Assembly (NCBI RefSeq): GCF_001194135.2
Contig: NC_068981.1
Span: 114,533,094 to 114,592,396, forward strand
DNA: 59,303 nucleotides
Source of the DNA: Octopus bimaculoides
Taxonomy: Eukaryota
Reading direction: 5' to 3'
Shown piece by piece: positions 47,660-59,303 of the stretch. The number at the start of each line of letters is the position of its first letter. The stretch's first letter is position 1. Made by a program: the position numbers and the translations under genes. The notes beneath the pieces were generated by a model. It was given only the letters and a program-made list of their open reading frames with translations, was not told the origin of the DNA and made no database searches.

Positions 47660-49288
47660 CCCTTTCATTACTATATTACTAACCAAAATGCACCCCTTTC
47701 AATTAAGTTCTATTATAATTGTGAATTTAGACTGGTTTCATAAAACATTTCTAACTTTTTTATTTAGCAACATATTGTGGTTTTTGGAATACAATAATTT
47801 AGCTAGAGGTTCTTAAATCTGTTGCATAATTTTTGTCTTAAAGAGTCTCTAAATTACAGATAGATACAGGATAATTCAACTAGATATAAAATTCTTTCAA
47901 TTTTGTTTAAACGTCATCAAAGAAAATGAGTTATTAGCCAATTAATATTTAATTGGGTATACAACAAAATTTTAAAATCAAAGAATTGTGCACATTACTG
48001 GATTATCAGTTGAAATTAGATGCATATAAGACAAGCGTAGCAATAAAGGATGAAATTCTGGAAGTTCTCTTTGAAGAAAACTAGAAAATGAAATACACTC
48101 AAACACATACTTAAATACACAGAAACATATGATGATTCACAATGCAAATTGATCAAAATTTGTCACTCACATTGCCGGTAAATTAAAATGACAGATATAT
48201 GAAAAATAAAAATGAAGTAAATGTGAAAAAAAAAAAATTTATAAAATCAGATCATATACATATAAATCACACAATATTTCTATCATGGTAATTTAATGCA
48301 ACTTTGCAGAATGCACATTGGAAATTTGTTTCAATGGTTTGTCCAATGAGAGCTTTTTTTTTAATGAAGGCATCACAGCACTACCTTTTGTGACCCTTGA
48401 TTTTCTCTAATTTATGGAGATGAGCCGAAGTCATAGGGCTATCCCCCTGGCAGGCTCAAGATTTTGTTCCAACAGTTATTTTTTTGGAAGGAAAACCAGC
48501 TTTCAACTGCATTGCTACATCTGGTCGGAGCTGCTGATAGTCACATCACTTTCAAGCCCCTCCTGATTTGGTGTATAATTTGCATTAACAATGTTTGTAT
48601 TTACTATAGACCAAACCGGGTATTGCCACCATTTATTACACAGTCGGCAGACCAGGTAATAGCTCATCTGATTCTGTCAATCTACACCACCCATGTACTT
48701 GTTTATAATCAAGGTTCACAAACAGGGTGCCATTTTCATCCACTTGTGATTGTGCAATGCTAGATAGAAAATTGATTTGCTTCTTATCTCTGTACAGTCG
48801 CTAGCAAGTTTCCTTTCTGCTGTTGGATTATTTCACCTCTTTTTTAACTTGGCCTTTTTTATATCCAGCAGCATCCCTTTCCTACTTGAAACAACTGTAG
48901 AACATGTATATGTTGCTACAGCTTCTAAATTCACCACAAGTTTGACTGAACTGAAAAATAATATATGGCCCTGGTTCACTACTTGACAACATAAAACTGT
49001 TATCCTTTCTTTGTCAGTATTAAAAGTCTTTAAAACAATGATGTAGAAAAAATGTGGGGAAAAATCTCCAAAAATTCACAGAAGTCAGATATCATGCTAA
49101 ACAATGTCGGCTACTGTAACTTAGTTGTTTACCTAGTGAAATCACGTGTTTTCATGAATGTACTAATGAGATTTGCACTGAAATTCTCATTTAAATCTGA
49201 ATTGGTCATTATGACTGGTTTCAGACAGGCTGGTATTATTTGCCATTTTAGTTCTCAGGCAGTTATGGTAGGCTTGGTATTGAAAGGA
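47660..49288 (-). mobile_element. Internally deleted piggyBac transposon
   Basis: TTAA|CCCTTTCATTAC...GGTATTGAAAGGA|TTAA; minus strand TYTCSTV..SRKG, RDKKQINFLSS, NKYMGGVD..QMSYY..KWW, and Cys-rich tail QCAFCKVAL. Confidence 0.8.
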
Positions 49289-50028
49289 TTAATCCTTCTA
49301 GTCTATTTATGAAATGGTTATTAAAGATTGTACCAGTTGTAGGGAAGCATTATAGCAAGGTGTCTCACAGAATGTAGTTTAGCATACTGCTAAAGATATA
49401 TTGGGGATCAATCAATTAACTATATTCCCTTTCTTTCTGTAAAAGTGAAAAATCCTTATTTTCATTGTAATCAGCTGCAGTGTATTACATTCTTAGTGAG
49501 TGGAAACTTGATAATGCATTGTCTTAACGTCTGACAAGTCAAAAATTTATACCACAATGTCAGTACTGCTTTGTGTCTACAGTAGACATTCACAGTACAG
49601 TAGGCTAGTATAAATGCTATGCTCTGGTTTGATGGTGTTAAATCTTCTTGATAAGATGATGTGTATGGATTTTAATACACAGCCATGTAGTACCTATTCT
49701 AATCATCCAGATGGAAATAAGTGTACTGTACAAATACACAATGTACTGCCAGAAGTGCATTTGAATTTGAAGGCTATTAGTTAGGCCTATTTTCTTCAGC
49801 ATGAGAGGCTCTAAGTCTCCTGTTGAATCAGCAAGAGCTATGAATAAGGTTGAGTTGAAATACATTCAGAACTCAGTTTCCCCCCTAAGAAGCTCTAATG
49901 GATTCATCTTGTGGTCCTATTTCAGTCCTTAGTTGCAACTGTTTCTTTTGGAGTAGTTTTCCTTCATTTGGCCTGATGCCTTACCAAATTTTTTTAGTGA
50001 ATGTTGTTATTGTTCTTATCTTTTGTAG

Positions 50029-50131
50029 ACTCAACGCTATGTGAGGATATATAACCTATTGAAACAAGAAATGGTGAAGAAACTAATGACCAATGTTAAG
50101 TGGGTCTCCAGTATTGCACTTCATCCAGGAG
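50029..50131 (+). CDS. BOP1: BOP1 exon 16
   Basis: [34 protein letters not shown](G); tgtag / GTCAGT. Confidence 0.97.
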
Positions 50132-51358
50132 GTCAGTGCCTGATTACATGTACTAAAAACAATTCCCCTTGCAAACGTTCTTTCATCTTTATTTTATTTT
50201 CTTCTCTCCCTCTTCTCCACTTTCTTCATCTCTCAATGTCTGCTAGGCTTACTTGTGTTCAAACATGTATTATCTTTTCTTTTATGTTTCGGTCATTATA
50301 CTGCAGCCATGCTGGGGCACTGCCCTTGAAGAATTTTTCAGTTGAATGACTTGACCCCAGTACTAATTTTCTTTTTAAGCCTAGTACTTTTGGTGAACTG
50401 CAAGGTTATGGGGGTGTAAACACACCAACACTGGTTGTTAGGCAGTGGTGGAAGACAAACATAAAGACACACACACACACACACAACATATATATATGTG
50501 TGTGTGGCAGCCGTCTTTCACTTTCTGTCTGTTAAATCCACTCACATGGCTTTAGTCAGCCTGAGGTTATAGTAGAAGACACTTGCTCAAGGTACCACAT
50601 AGTGGGACTGAACCCAGAACCCTGTTGGGAAGTAAATTTCTTACCACACACCTGTGCCTATGTATATATTTTTTTAATCTGGTACTTGTTCTGTTGGTCT
50701 CTTGTGCTGAACTTCTAAGTTATGGGGATGTAAACACACCAACACTGGTTGTCAAGCTGTTGGTGGTGGATAAATGCAAAGACACATATACAGTTAGGGT
50801 TACAATTAGGCTGGGTGAGTGATCAATTTCTCACTGGTTTTTTATGCATGACTTGTTGTAAGTTAAAGTTTGTGTATACTTGTAATTATCATGTATTTTC
50901 ATCTGAGACAGAATCACTTAATATATCTCTCATCACTTTTACCTCATTAATTGCAATATGATCTATGAGAGTGGCTCTGCTGAATGTTAAACTAATTGTT
51001 AATATTGTATTGTACTAAGAAGAAGAAAATCTCTAAAAAATGAGAATGTGTGTGTGTTTTGAATAATTTAATTTATGTTAGCACAAGAGGAAAGTACGAT
51101 AAGTGAGACTGTATTATTTCATTTGAGTTTAGAATGTGATATTTTCATTTGAGTTTAGAATGTGATATTTTCATTGTCTTAGATTTTCTAATGGCTTAGT
51201 TAATCTGTTCCTGATCACTATGTTCTGCATTGCAAGTGCTGATATCCAAGTACTGGGTAAGAGATAAATCTTCCTTTCATTAGGATGGTCAACTACAGAA
51301 AGTTCTTATAAAGGGATTGAACTGACATTGCTAACCTATGAAATTTGTCAAATTTTAA

Positions 51359-51583
51359 TCCTTTAGCTTTCACATTACTCTGTCCTATCAAACATCATGC
51401 TTATTTATTCAAACTGATTTGAATTAATCATATAGTGTCTCACTGCTTCAAGATTTCAATGATATGAGTATAAATTTTCAGAATGACATTGTATGGTAGG
51501 TGTAAGATGCTGAATCTAGTCAGTTTGAACATAAAACAGGTAGGGATATTTTGGTCAGATTTGTCAATTGAATTACTAAAGGT
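51359..51583. mobile_element. TTAA-flanked MITE, same family as 24877-25070
   Basis: TTAA|TCCTTTAGC...ACTAAAGGT|TTAA; shared agaatgacattgta and cataaaacaggtag blocks. Confidence 0.75.
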
Positions 51584-51939
51584 TTAAATCTAGGTAAGCT
51601 AAACCAAAAAGGAATAAGTGTCATGTCTTCACAGTATAAATTTTTCTTTCTTTTTTTTTTCCTTTAACCATAATGTTCTAAACATCTTTTTCTATGTTTG
51701 GTAATGAATGAAAGTGTTTCTGAGACAAAATTGTCCACTTTTCTTAAGCATAGGTTACCTTAATCAAATATGGAATGATTGTTCTGTGTAATGCCATATT
51801 TGAGATTTTGCTGACTCATAGGTAGTTGGGTTATAAAAGGATTACTAAGCATTTCCTACATGCTCAATAAACAATTCCTTTTGTTAGTGTTTTCAGTGCT
51901 ATGAATTTTTCTTACTCTTCTATCTATTCTAAATTTCAG

Positions 51940-52024
51940 GTGATAATCTTATTATTGGCAGCTATGACTGTCACTTGAGTTGGTTTGATTTAGATTTATC
52001 AACAAAACCTTATAAAACACTCAG
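51940..52024 (+). CDS. BOP1: BOP1 exon 17
   Basis: (G)[27 protein letters not shown](R); ttcag / GTAAGA. Confidence 0.97.
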
Positions 52025-52377
52025 GTAAGAGGATTTTCAAGTTTCTGTGATTTTTTTTGTTTTATTTAATGATATATCTTAAGATATGCATAGATGATAC
52101 TACTTTTCTGTGTTTATACAATGTGAATGAGTTTTTAAAAAAAAATTTCTATGGTAATTTATTTCATATATTATCCACTCTGTTGATATTAGCTGACAGC
52201 AAGACAGTTAAGCTGAAACATGTGGAGACGAAATATGCTAGAAGCAAGACATGAAAATACCTTCAAACTAAGTTGCCTATGCAATTGATAAAAAGGTCAA
52301 AGTTCTCTTCTCGTGATATTAGTTATATTGAGGTGATGGATTAGTCACATCCTACAGCTGTAATGTATATACACGTA

Positions 52378-54267
52378 ATCATCGTCATCGTCTTTAATGT
52401 CCGCTTTCCATGCTGGCATGGGTTGGACGGTTTGACTGAGGGCTGGTATGCTAGATGGCTGCACCAGGCTTCAATCTGATCTGGCAAAGTTTCTACAGCT
52501 GGATGCCCTTCCTAATACCAACCACTCTGAGAGTGTAGTGGGTGCTTTTTACATGCCACTGGTCCGAGGGCCAGTCAGGTGGTACTGGCATCGACCACAC
52601 TTGAATGGTGCTTTTTATGTACCACCGGCACAGGACCAGTCAGCCAGCACTGACAATGGCCACACTCCAATGGTGCTTTTTATGTGTCACCGGCACAAGG
52701 GCCAGTCAAATGGCACTAGCATTGACCATACTCGAATGGTGCTTTTTACGTGCCACTGGCATGGGTGCCAATCAGGCAGTACTGTCATCGACCACCACAG
52801 TGATTTCACTTGACTCAACTTGTCTTCGCAAGTGAAGTTTATTGCTACCTCTTCCACAAGTTCCCTTTACTGCTAGGGTGTGACATTTTTCACACAGCTA
52901 TCCTCATCCAAATGCAACACGACCATACCAGTGCAATCATCTCCCTTGCATGCCACATCTGATGCTTCTTATGTCCAACTTTTCTCTCAGGGTGCTTACA
53001 CTGTCATGTATGCATACTGACATTAACGTCCAGTGGGGCAAACTAGCTTCATTCCTTGCAAGCTTACACATGTCCTCAGCAGTCACGGCCTATGTTTCAC
53101 TGCTATGTAGCTTGTTTGTTCGCACACATGCGTCATAGAGTCTACCTTTTACTCTGAGTGAGAGGCCTTTTGTCACTAACAGAGGTGGGAGTTCTCTGAA
53201 CTTTGCCCGAGCTATTCTTATTCTAGCAGCTAAACTCCCAGAGCACCCACCCCCACAACTGACTTGGTCACCTAGGTAACGGAAGCTATCAACTACTTCT
53301 AGTTTCTCCCTGTGACATGTGACCGGAGCTGTTTCCTGCACATTTTCAGTGTTTGTTGCCCTTGAGCATTTGCCACACAAAAACTATCTTCTCAGTTAGC
53401 TTCCTTTGCTACACCTTTTATGTGTCCATAGCTTACACCAGCTACATCTTATGGAGTTTTTACCTACACCTTTTCTACAGATTGAGCAGGGCCATCTACC
53501 TGAAGGGATTTGGGATTTGTCTGCCTTCTTACTTATTAAGACTTTGGTTTTTGCTAGATTGACTCAAAGGCCTTTCAATTCTAGACCTTGCTAGTTCTGG
53601 TAGTGACTCAGCTATTAGAGCAAGGATGTCAGCGTAGAGAAGCTCCCAGGGGCAGCCTCTCTTGAATTTCTCTGGAGGACTATGATGAGTAAGAGGGGGC
53701 TGAGGTCAGAACCTTAGTGGACCCCTACCTCTACCCGGAATTCTTCTTTGTACTCATTGCCAACCCTCACCTTGCTGACAGCATCCCTGTTCATGACTCT
53801 CACTAACCACTCATCTTTCCCTAGTTTCTGCAATTGACCACCAGATAAGGGATCGGGGGACTCTGTCAAAGGCTTTCTCCATGTCAGCGAAAGCCAGGTA
53901 CAGAAGTTTATCCTTGGCTAGGTATTTCTCCTGCAGCTGTCTTACTAGAAATATAGTATTAATGGTGCTTTTCCCTGGCACAAACTCAAACTGCATTACA
54001 TCTAAACTAACTTCCTCCCTAATTAGTTGGGTTATGATCCTCTCCATGACTTTCATTGCCTGATCCAACAACTTGATACCTCTGTAATTATTCATATCTA
54101 ATGCATCACCTTTACCTTTGTAGCAGTTGACTATGGTGCTGCTACACCAGTCATTGGGTATGACTCCTTTGTGTATCACTTGGTTGACTATACGGGTGAC
54201 TAGCCTATAGCTGACACCTCCAAATATTTTAAGCATCTCTGCAGTGATTCCTGATGAGCTGGGGGCT
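52378..54267 (-). mobile_element. 5'-truncated RTE LINE (RT domain and 3' UTR with four internal repeats)
   Basis: YKGKGDALDMNNYRGIKLLDQAMK, YLAFADMEKAFDRVPR, LYAD (~53630-53640), GRLYDACVR. Confidence 0.93.
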
Positions 54268-54392
54268 TAGAATCACAAACCTCATAAAGTTGACTTTTTA
54301 GATGCTTCTCTGGGCTTATAGTTAAACACTTATAAAGCCCTGTCATAAGCCAAGTGAAAAAGTTAGGCAACAAGCTGAATATAGATAAAATT

Positions 54393-54456
54393 AAACAAAA
54401 AGTTGAGTGGAGGAATGTGAAGTGCACTTCACATTCCTCCACTCAACTTTTTGTTT
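54393..54456. repeat. Perfect spacerless 64-bp palindrome
   Basis: aaacaaaaagttgagtggaggaatgtgaagtg followed directly by its exact reverse complement. Confidence 0.97.
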
Positions 54457-55270
54457 TATTTTGGCTTAGATCTCGCTCGAAAGTCCTTACACATGACGCT
54501 GGGCACAGGTGCCATCACGGTTTCGATATACTACATTAATATTCCTCGCACTTTCTACTGTGTTGTCTTTATTAAACTCAGCAAAATATGCCGGATATGC
54601 TCCTTTGTCACTTACACTATAACTTTGAAAAACTAACTGTTAAAATCGAACTGCTGTCTTAAAAACTGGCACTAAGAGTAAAGACAAGGTAAAATCACTA
54701 CTTGCTTTTATAGCAAGTTGTTGCAAGTAGTTTATCTCATCTTCCTCTGACTTTTAGTTCATGCAATTGAAAAAACTGCATTATTTATGAGACGACCCAA
54801 TAGTTACTATACTGTATACTTTATATTACAGATAGTAGATACGTGTTTTGTATGTAATATATGTAAAAAAAAAGACCTTTTTCTTTTAAAGTAGTTAATG
54901 TATTTTATTTTTGCACATTGTGTCATGAGTTTTTAACATTAAGGGAGAAGAGATTGAAATGTGATTTCCATTTGAGAAGCATAAGAGTGTTGAAAGGAAT
55001 AAACCCATTTGGAATATATTAGAGTATTCATACCCAATTTATTTATTTATTTATTTATCTTTAAACTTTGATAATTTCATTTTACTGAATCAACAATAAT
55101 AATTATTTGCAATATTGACATAGGTATTTACATATGAAGAGACGGGTATATAACTACATACTGCTGACAATTTTCTCAATCCAAATGATCAATGATTGTA
55201 TATATCTATGTATTTCAATAGAATTTTAGTATTTTTCTTAATTCTACTCTTTGATTTTATTCTTCAATAG

Positions 55271-55378
55271 ACATCACAAAAAAGCAATTCGTCAAGTTTG
55301 CTACCATAACGCATATCCACTATTTGCATCAGCATCAGATGATTGCTCTCTCATTGTCTGCCATGGAAGAGTTTATAA
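55271..55378 (+). CDS. BOP1: BOP1 exon 18 (last visible)
   Basis: [35 protein letters not shown](N/K); aatag / GTAAGT, phase 2. Confidence 0.97.
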
Positions 55379-56114
55379 GTAAGTGACAGTTTTTCTTTTT
55401 TTTTATTACTTATACTTTATACTTTTCAGTTTTAGCTTTAGAACATCTTTATTTTTATTGTCATTCATAGCAAATTGGCAGAATAGTTACACCATTAGTA
55501 AAAATGCTTTGCAGTATCTGTTCGAAATTTGTATGTTCCAAGTTCAAATCCTGCCAAAGTCCACTTTGTCTTTCATCTTTTCAGCATCAATAAAATGAAG
55601 TACTAGTCAAGTACTGAATTCACTATTATTGACTAATCCTATTCCTTCTAAACTGCTGGCCTTAGAAACGAGAACAATTATTTCTTTTCGAACACAGTGG
55701 ATCAAATTCCTTGTGCTGTTTCAAGCTGTTATATATCAATTTTTAAGTATCAGAAAACAGGCTTAATTTTTTCATTAGAGCCATTGGTTGTTTTCTCAAG
55801 ACATATTTACTATTACAATCAACGATGAATGGAACATACTTTTGTCAGTTGGGTCAAATGAGGTAAAGAGAGTTATGTCTCATCTCTAAACTACAATAAC
55901 ATGAACAAACCAACACTGATTGTCAAACCAGGAGGCACTAATATGTATGCACTTGTGCTCATTTATACGCTATATAGGTTCTATGTATCAGATTCACTCT
56001 CAAGGCATTAGTCTACCTATTCTCTTCCTTTCACCATTCCCTCTCTCTCTCTCTCTCTCTCTTCCTCCTTGACTCTCGTCACTGACACATGACGAAAGGG
56101 GATTTATCTTTCTG

Positions 56115-56197
56115 TCCATTTCCTTCCTGTTTCCTTTCATATCCATTTGCTTCCTGTTTCCTTTCATGTCCATTTCCTTCATCTGTTTCCTTTCATG
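56115..56197. repeat. 3 x ~27-bp pyrimidine-rich tandem repeat
   Basis: tccatttccttcctgtttcctttcat units. Confidence 0.85.
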
Positions 56198-57399
56198 GCT
56201 TGTCTACCTAGCGTTCATAATAATTTTTCTATCCTCTTGGTTCAACAGCCCTCACCGTTTGTTTTTACTGTCATGTTCTCACTGTCCTGTTCTTGTCAAC
56301 ACTTTCATCCTCTGCAAAAAATCCCAAATTTTACTTAATTTGCTTTCCGGGTAGGACTGTTTCAATGAAGTTGCGTATTGTCCTTGCCTTCGAAATGCGG
56401 AGGGAGGAGATGAAACAGGGGCAACTGACGAAGGGGTATACTATATATATATATATATATAGATAGATATATAGATAGATAGATCTATAGATATAGTTAG
56501 ATAGATATATAGATACTTAGATATTTNNNNNNNNNNNNNNNNNNNNNNNNNNNNNNNNNNNNNNNNNNNNNNNNNNNNNNNNNNNNNNNNNNNNNNNNNN
56601 NNNNNNNNNNNNNNNNNNNNNNNNNNNNNNNNNNNNNNNNNNNNNNNNNNNNNNNNNNNNNNNNNNNNNNNNNNNNNNNNNNNNNNNNNNNNNNNNNNNN
56701 NNNNNNNNNNNNNNNNNNNNNNNNNNNNNNNNNNNNNNNNNNNNNNNNNNNNNNNNNNNNNNNNNNNNNNNNNNNNNNNNNNNNNNNNNNNNNNNNNNNN
56801 NNNNNNNNNNNNNNNNNNNNNNNNNNNNNNNNNNNNNNNNNNNNNNNNNNNNNNNNNNNNNNNNNNNNNNNNNNNNNNNNNNNNNNNNNNNNNNNNNNNN
56901 NNNNNNNNNNNNNNNNNNNNNNNNNNNNNNNNNNNNNNNNNNNNNNNNNNNNNNNNNNNNNNNNNNNNNNNNNNNNNNNNNNNNNNNNNNNNNNNNNNNN
57001 NNNNNNNNNNNNNNNNNNNNNNNNNNNNNNNNNNNNNNNNNNNNNNNNNNNNNNNNNNNNNNNNNNNNNNNNNNNNNNNNNNNNNNNNNNNNNNNNNNNN
57101 NNNNNNNNNNNNNNNNNNNNNNNNNNNNNNNNNNNNNNNNNNNNNNNNNNNNNNNNNNNNNNNNNNNNNNNNNNNNNNNNNNNNNNNNNNNNNNNNNNNN
57201 NNNNNNNNNNNNNNNNNNNNNNNNNNNNNNNNNNNNNNNNNNNNNNNNNNNNNNNNNNNNNNNNNNNNNNNNNNNNNNNNNNNNNNNNNNNNNNNNNNNN
57301 NNNNNNNNNNNNNNNNNNNNNNNNNNNNNNNNNNNNNNNNNNNNNNNNNNNNNNNNNNNNNNNNNNNNNNNNNNNNNNGTTGAATTCATTAACTTAATT

Positions 57400-58754
57400 C
57401 ACAGCTAAAGTGACAAAAAATCATAAAGTACAGGTGTCTATGACAAACCATGTTATTTTGACAACCGGGTTTACAGATAAAAGTACAAAGTACATAAGGA
57501 ATTTGAGAATGAACAAAAATTTAATCTTACAGCTGCATCAGCCTAGCTTTGGCATGCCCCATTCTATCCGAATAGTTCCTGCCGGAGTAATTATCAGATG
57601 AAATGCTGAAATGGGGGTACATGCACGATTCGCTAGGCCTCTTCAGAGATTCACAAAGAATTCCATACAAATATAGAGCAAGAGATAAAAAACAAAAGTG
57701 AAATAGAAACAAGAACAAAAACAAAAATAAAAATGAAAATAAGGGTACAGCAAGAATAAAATAAAAATGATAAAAATAAATAAATGAAAAATGAAAATAT
57801 AACATATAGGAAATATAAAATAAATGACATAGTAAAAACTATCTTCAATATAATCAATAAACACATTGTAAGGGGAAGGAATAAATATTGGGAGTTGATT
57901 AATAAAAGGACAGTAAGAATAGGATATAGCCTAACGCACAACCTGGCTACAATAATCTCCTCAATTAACACTAGGAAGTTGGATAGCTTCTATACAAGTA
58001 GGAAAATAGCATAGGCAACACAATCATATATGACAACAGTTTTAGCTATAGTACCGATAATCATGGCAATAGCAATGAGGATACTAATACTTACACTGGA
58101 AACATTAACATCAACATAGACAATGGAAGCGATAATGATAATAATATTAATATTACAAGTAACAATAGAAGTATTAGGAATAATAAAGGTAGGAATTCTA
58201 ACACTGCTAACAACAATAGTATTGGAAATAACAGCACCCTGGGGGTAAATGGAAACCGAATAAATAGCAATGGTATAACAAATCCTAACACCAACCACAT
58301 TGACTATGTGCACCAAAGAAAAATTTGCAATTGTAGAGTAAGGGAAAATTGCGTGCTCGGAAATAACTGCATGAAAAGGGAAGTTACTATATCAATGTAT
58401 AGTAAACACAAAACATGATAACAGGGTATACGTGGGTGCGACTAAAAATAGTATGAAACAATGAAACAAAGACTTAATTATCACAATTATACGTTTAGGA
58501 ACAGGAACAGAAGAAATTCTACTGAATTAAGTAGCTACATATGGGAACTCAAAGATAAGGTTATCAACTTTAACCTACACTGGAAAATATTAACATCCGC
58601 ACCTGCATACAATAACAAAAATAGGAAATGCTTATTATGCACAAATGAAATCTTTTTCCTAATTAGGACCAAAATCCCGCTTATTAATAATTTGAAGGAA
58701 AGAAACGTTTCATGCCTTCACAAAATTGGATGTACTTTCTCTAAATTCAAGTAG
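57400..58754 (+). mobile_element. Penelope-like element 3' half (RT thumb, Asn-rich linker, Cys motif, GIY-YIG)
   Basis: IFNIINKH..YWELINKRTVRIGYSLTHNLATIISS; CNCRVRENCVLGNNC; LYQCIV..RVYVGAT; NSTELSSYIWELK..WKIL..CLLC..ERNVSCLH..FK*; several frameshifts. Confidence 0.88.
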
Positions 58755-58983
58755 AACTCGGGCTCAAGATGCCGCCCCTGTTTTAATAGTATTTATTTAA
58801 GTTAACCACTATTTCTATGCTATGTTATGGTAGATCAAATTGTATTATCTACATACATATAATTAATATAAATGAAACCTAAGTACTAAGGCACCGCATT
58901 TGGTTAACGTTAACTAATTATACCTTGCTGGCATTGTATTGGCTAACACCTGATATTTAAGTGGGCATATATATGTGTGTATA

Positions 58984-59303
58984 TCATTGTCGTTTAACGT
59001 CCGCTTTCCATGCTAGTATGAGTTGGACGATTTGACTGAGGACTGGTGAAACCAGATGGCTACACCAGGCTCCAATCTGATTTGGCAGAGTTTCTACAGC
59101 TGGATGCCCTTCCTAATGCCAACCACTCAGAGAGTGTAGTGGGTGCTTTTACGTGCCACCGGCACGAAAGCCAGTCAGGCGGTACTGGCAACGGACACTC
59201 GAAATGGTGTATTTTATGTGCCACCCGCACAAGAGCCAGTCCAGGAGCACTGGCAACGCTCTCGCTCGAAAGTCCTTACACATGCCGCGGGCACAAGTGC
59301 CAG
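58984..59303 (-). mobile_element. Well-preserved RTE 3' UTR/tail copy, cut by window end
   Basis: cgtttaacgtccgctttccatgctag terminus and gtgccaccggcac..gccagtcaggcggtactggc units. Confidence 0.85.

Noticed and set aside
57990-58316. 108-aa and 69-aa membrane-like minus-strand ORFs
   Set aside because: Antisense shadow of the AAT/AAC-rich linker on the plus strand

Overview
AT-rich eukaryotic draft-genome scaffold with 9 N-gaps (470-967, 2427-3059, 10077-10254, 11606-12253, 13251-13368, 31458-31623, 34805-34933, 38875-38884, 56527-57378). The repeat content (RTE LINEs with (GAT)n tails, tRNA-type SINEs, dense TA/CA microsatellites) suggests an octopod cephalopod; this is an inference. Two host genes lie head-to-head, with only 531 bp between their ATGs. 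PIBF1 (minus strand) has 2 coding exons visible, 20709-21068 and 14786-15421; the rest lies outside the window or in gaps. BOP1/Erb1 (plus strand) has 18 coding exons from 21600 to 55378, about 772 codons, with GT-AG junctions and consistent phases; its final exon(s) are not visible. The introns hold decayed transposons: RTE LINEs, Penelope-like GIY-YIG elements, Ty3/gypsy integrase, mariner, Tc1, pogo, piggyBac with TTAA MITEs, and a Helitron. The most notable observations are: (1) a type I hammerhead ribozyme with every core nucleotide intact and an extended stem II, antisense in BOP1 intron 10; (2) a perfect spacerless 64-bp palindrome in BOP1 intron 17; (3) an RTE LINE C-terminus carrying three C2H2 zinc fingers; (4) a Penelope-like ORF with a ~107-aa Asn-rich linker; (5) a compact PIBF1-BOP1 bidirectional promoter with two adjacent palindromes; (6) a consensus CTCF motif hit by a 42-bp retro-insertion. 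Most ORFs in the supplied track are microsatellite, N-gap or antisense shadows. All translations and alignments were done by eye, with no database search.
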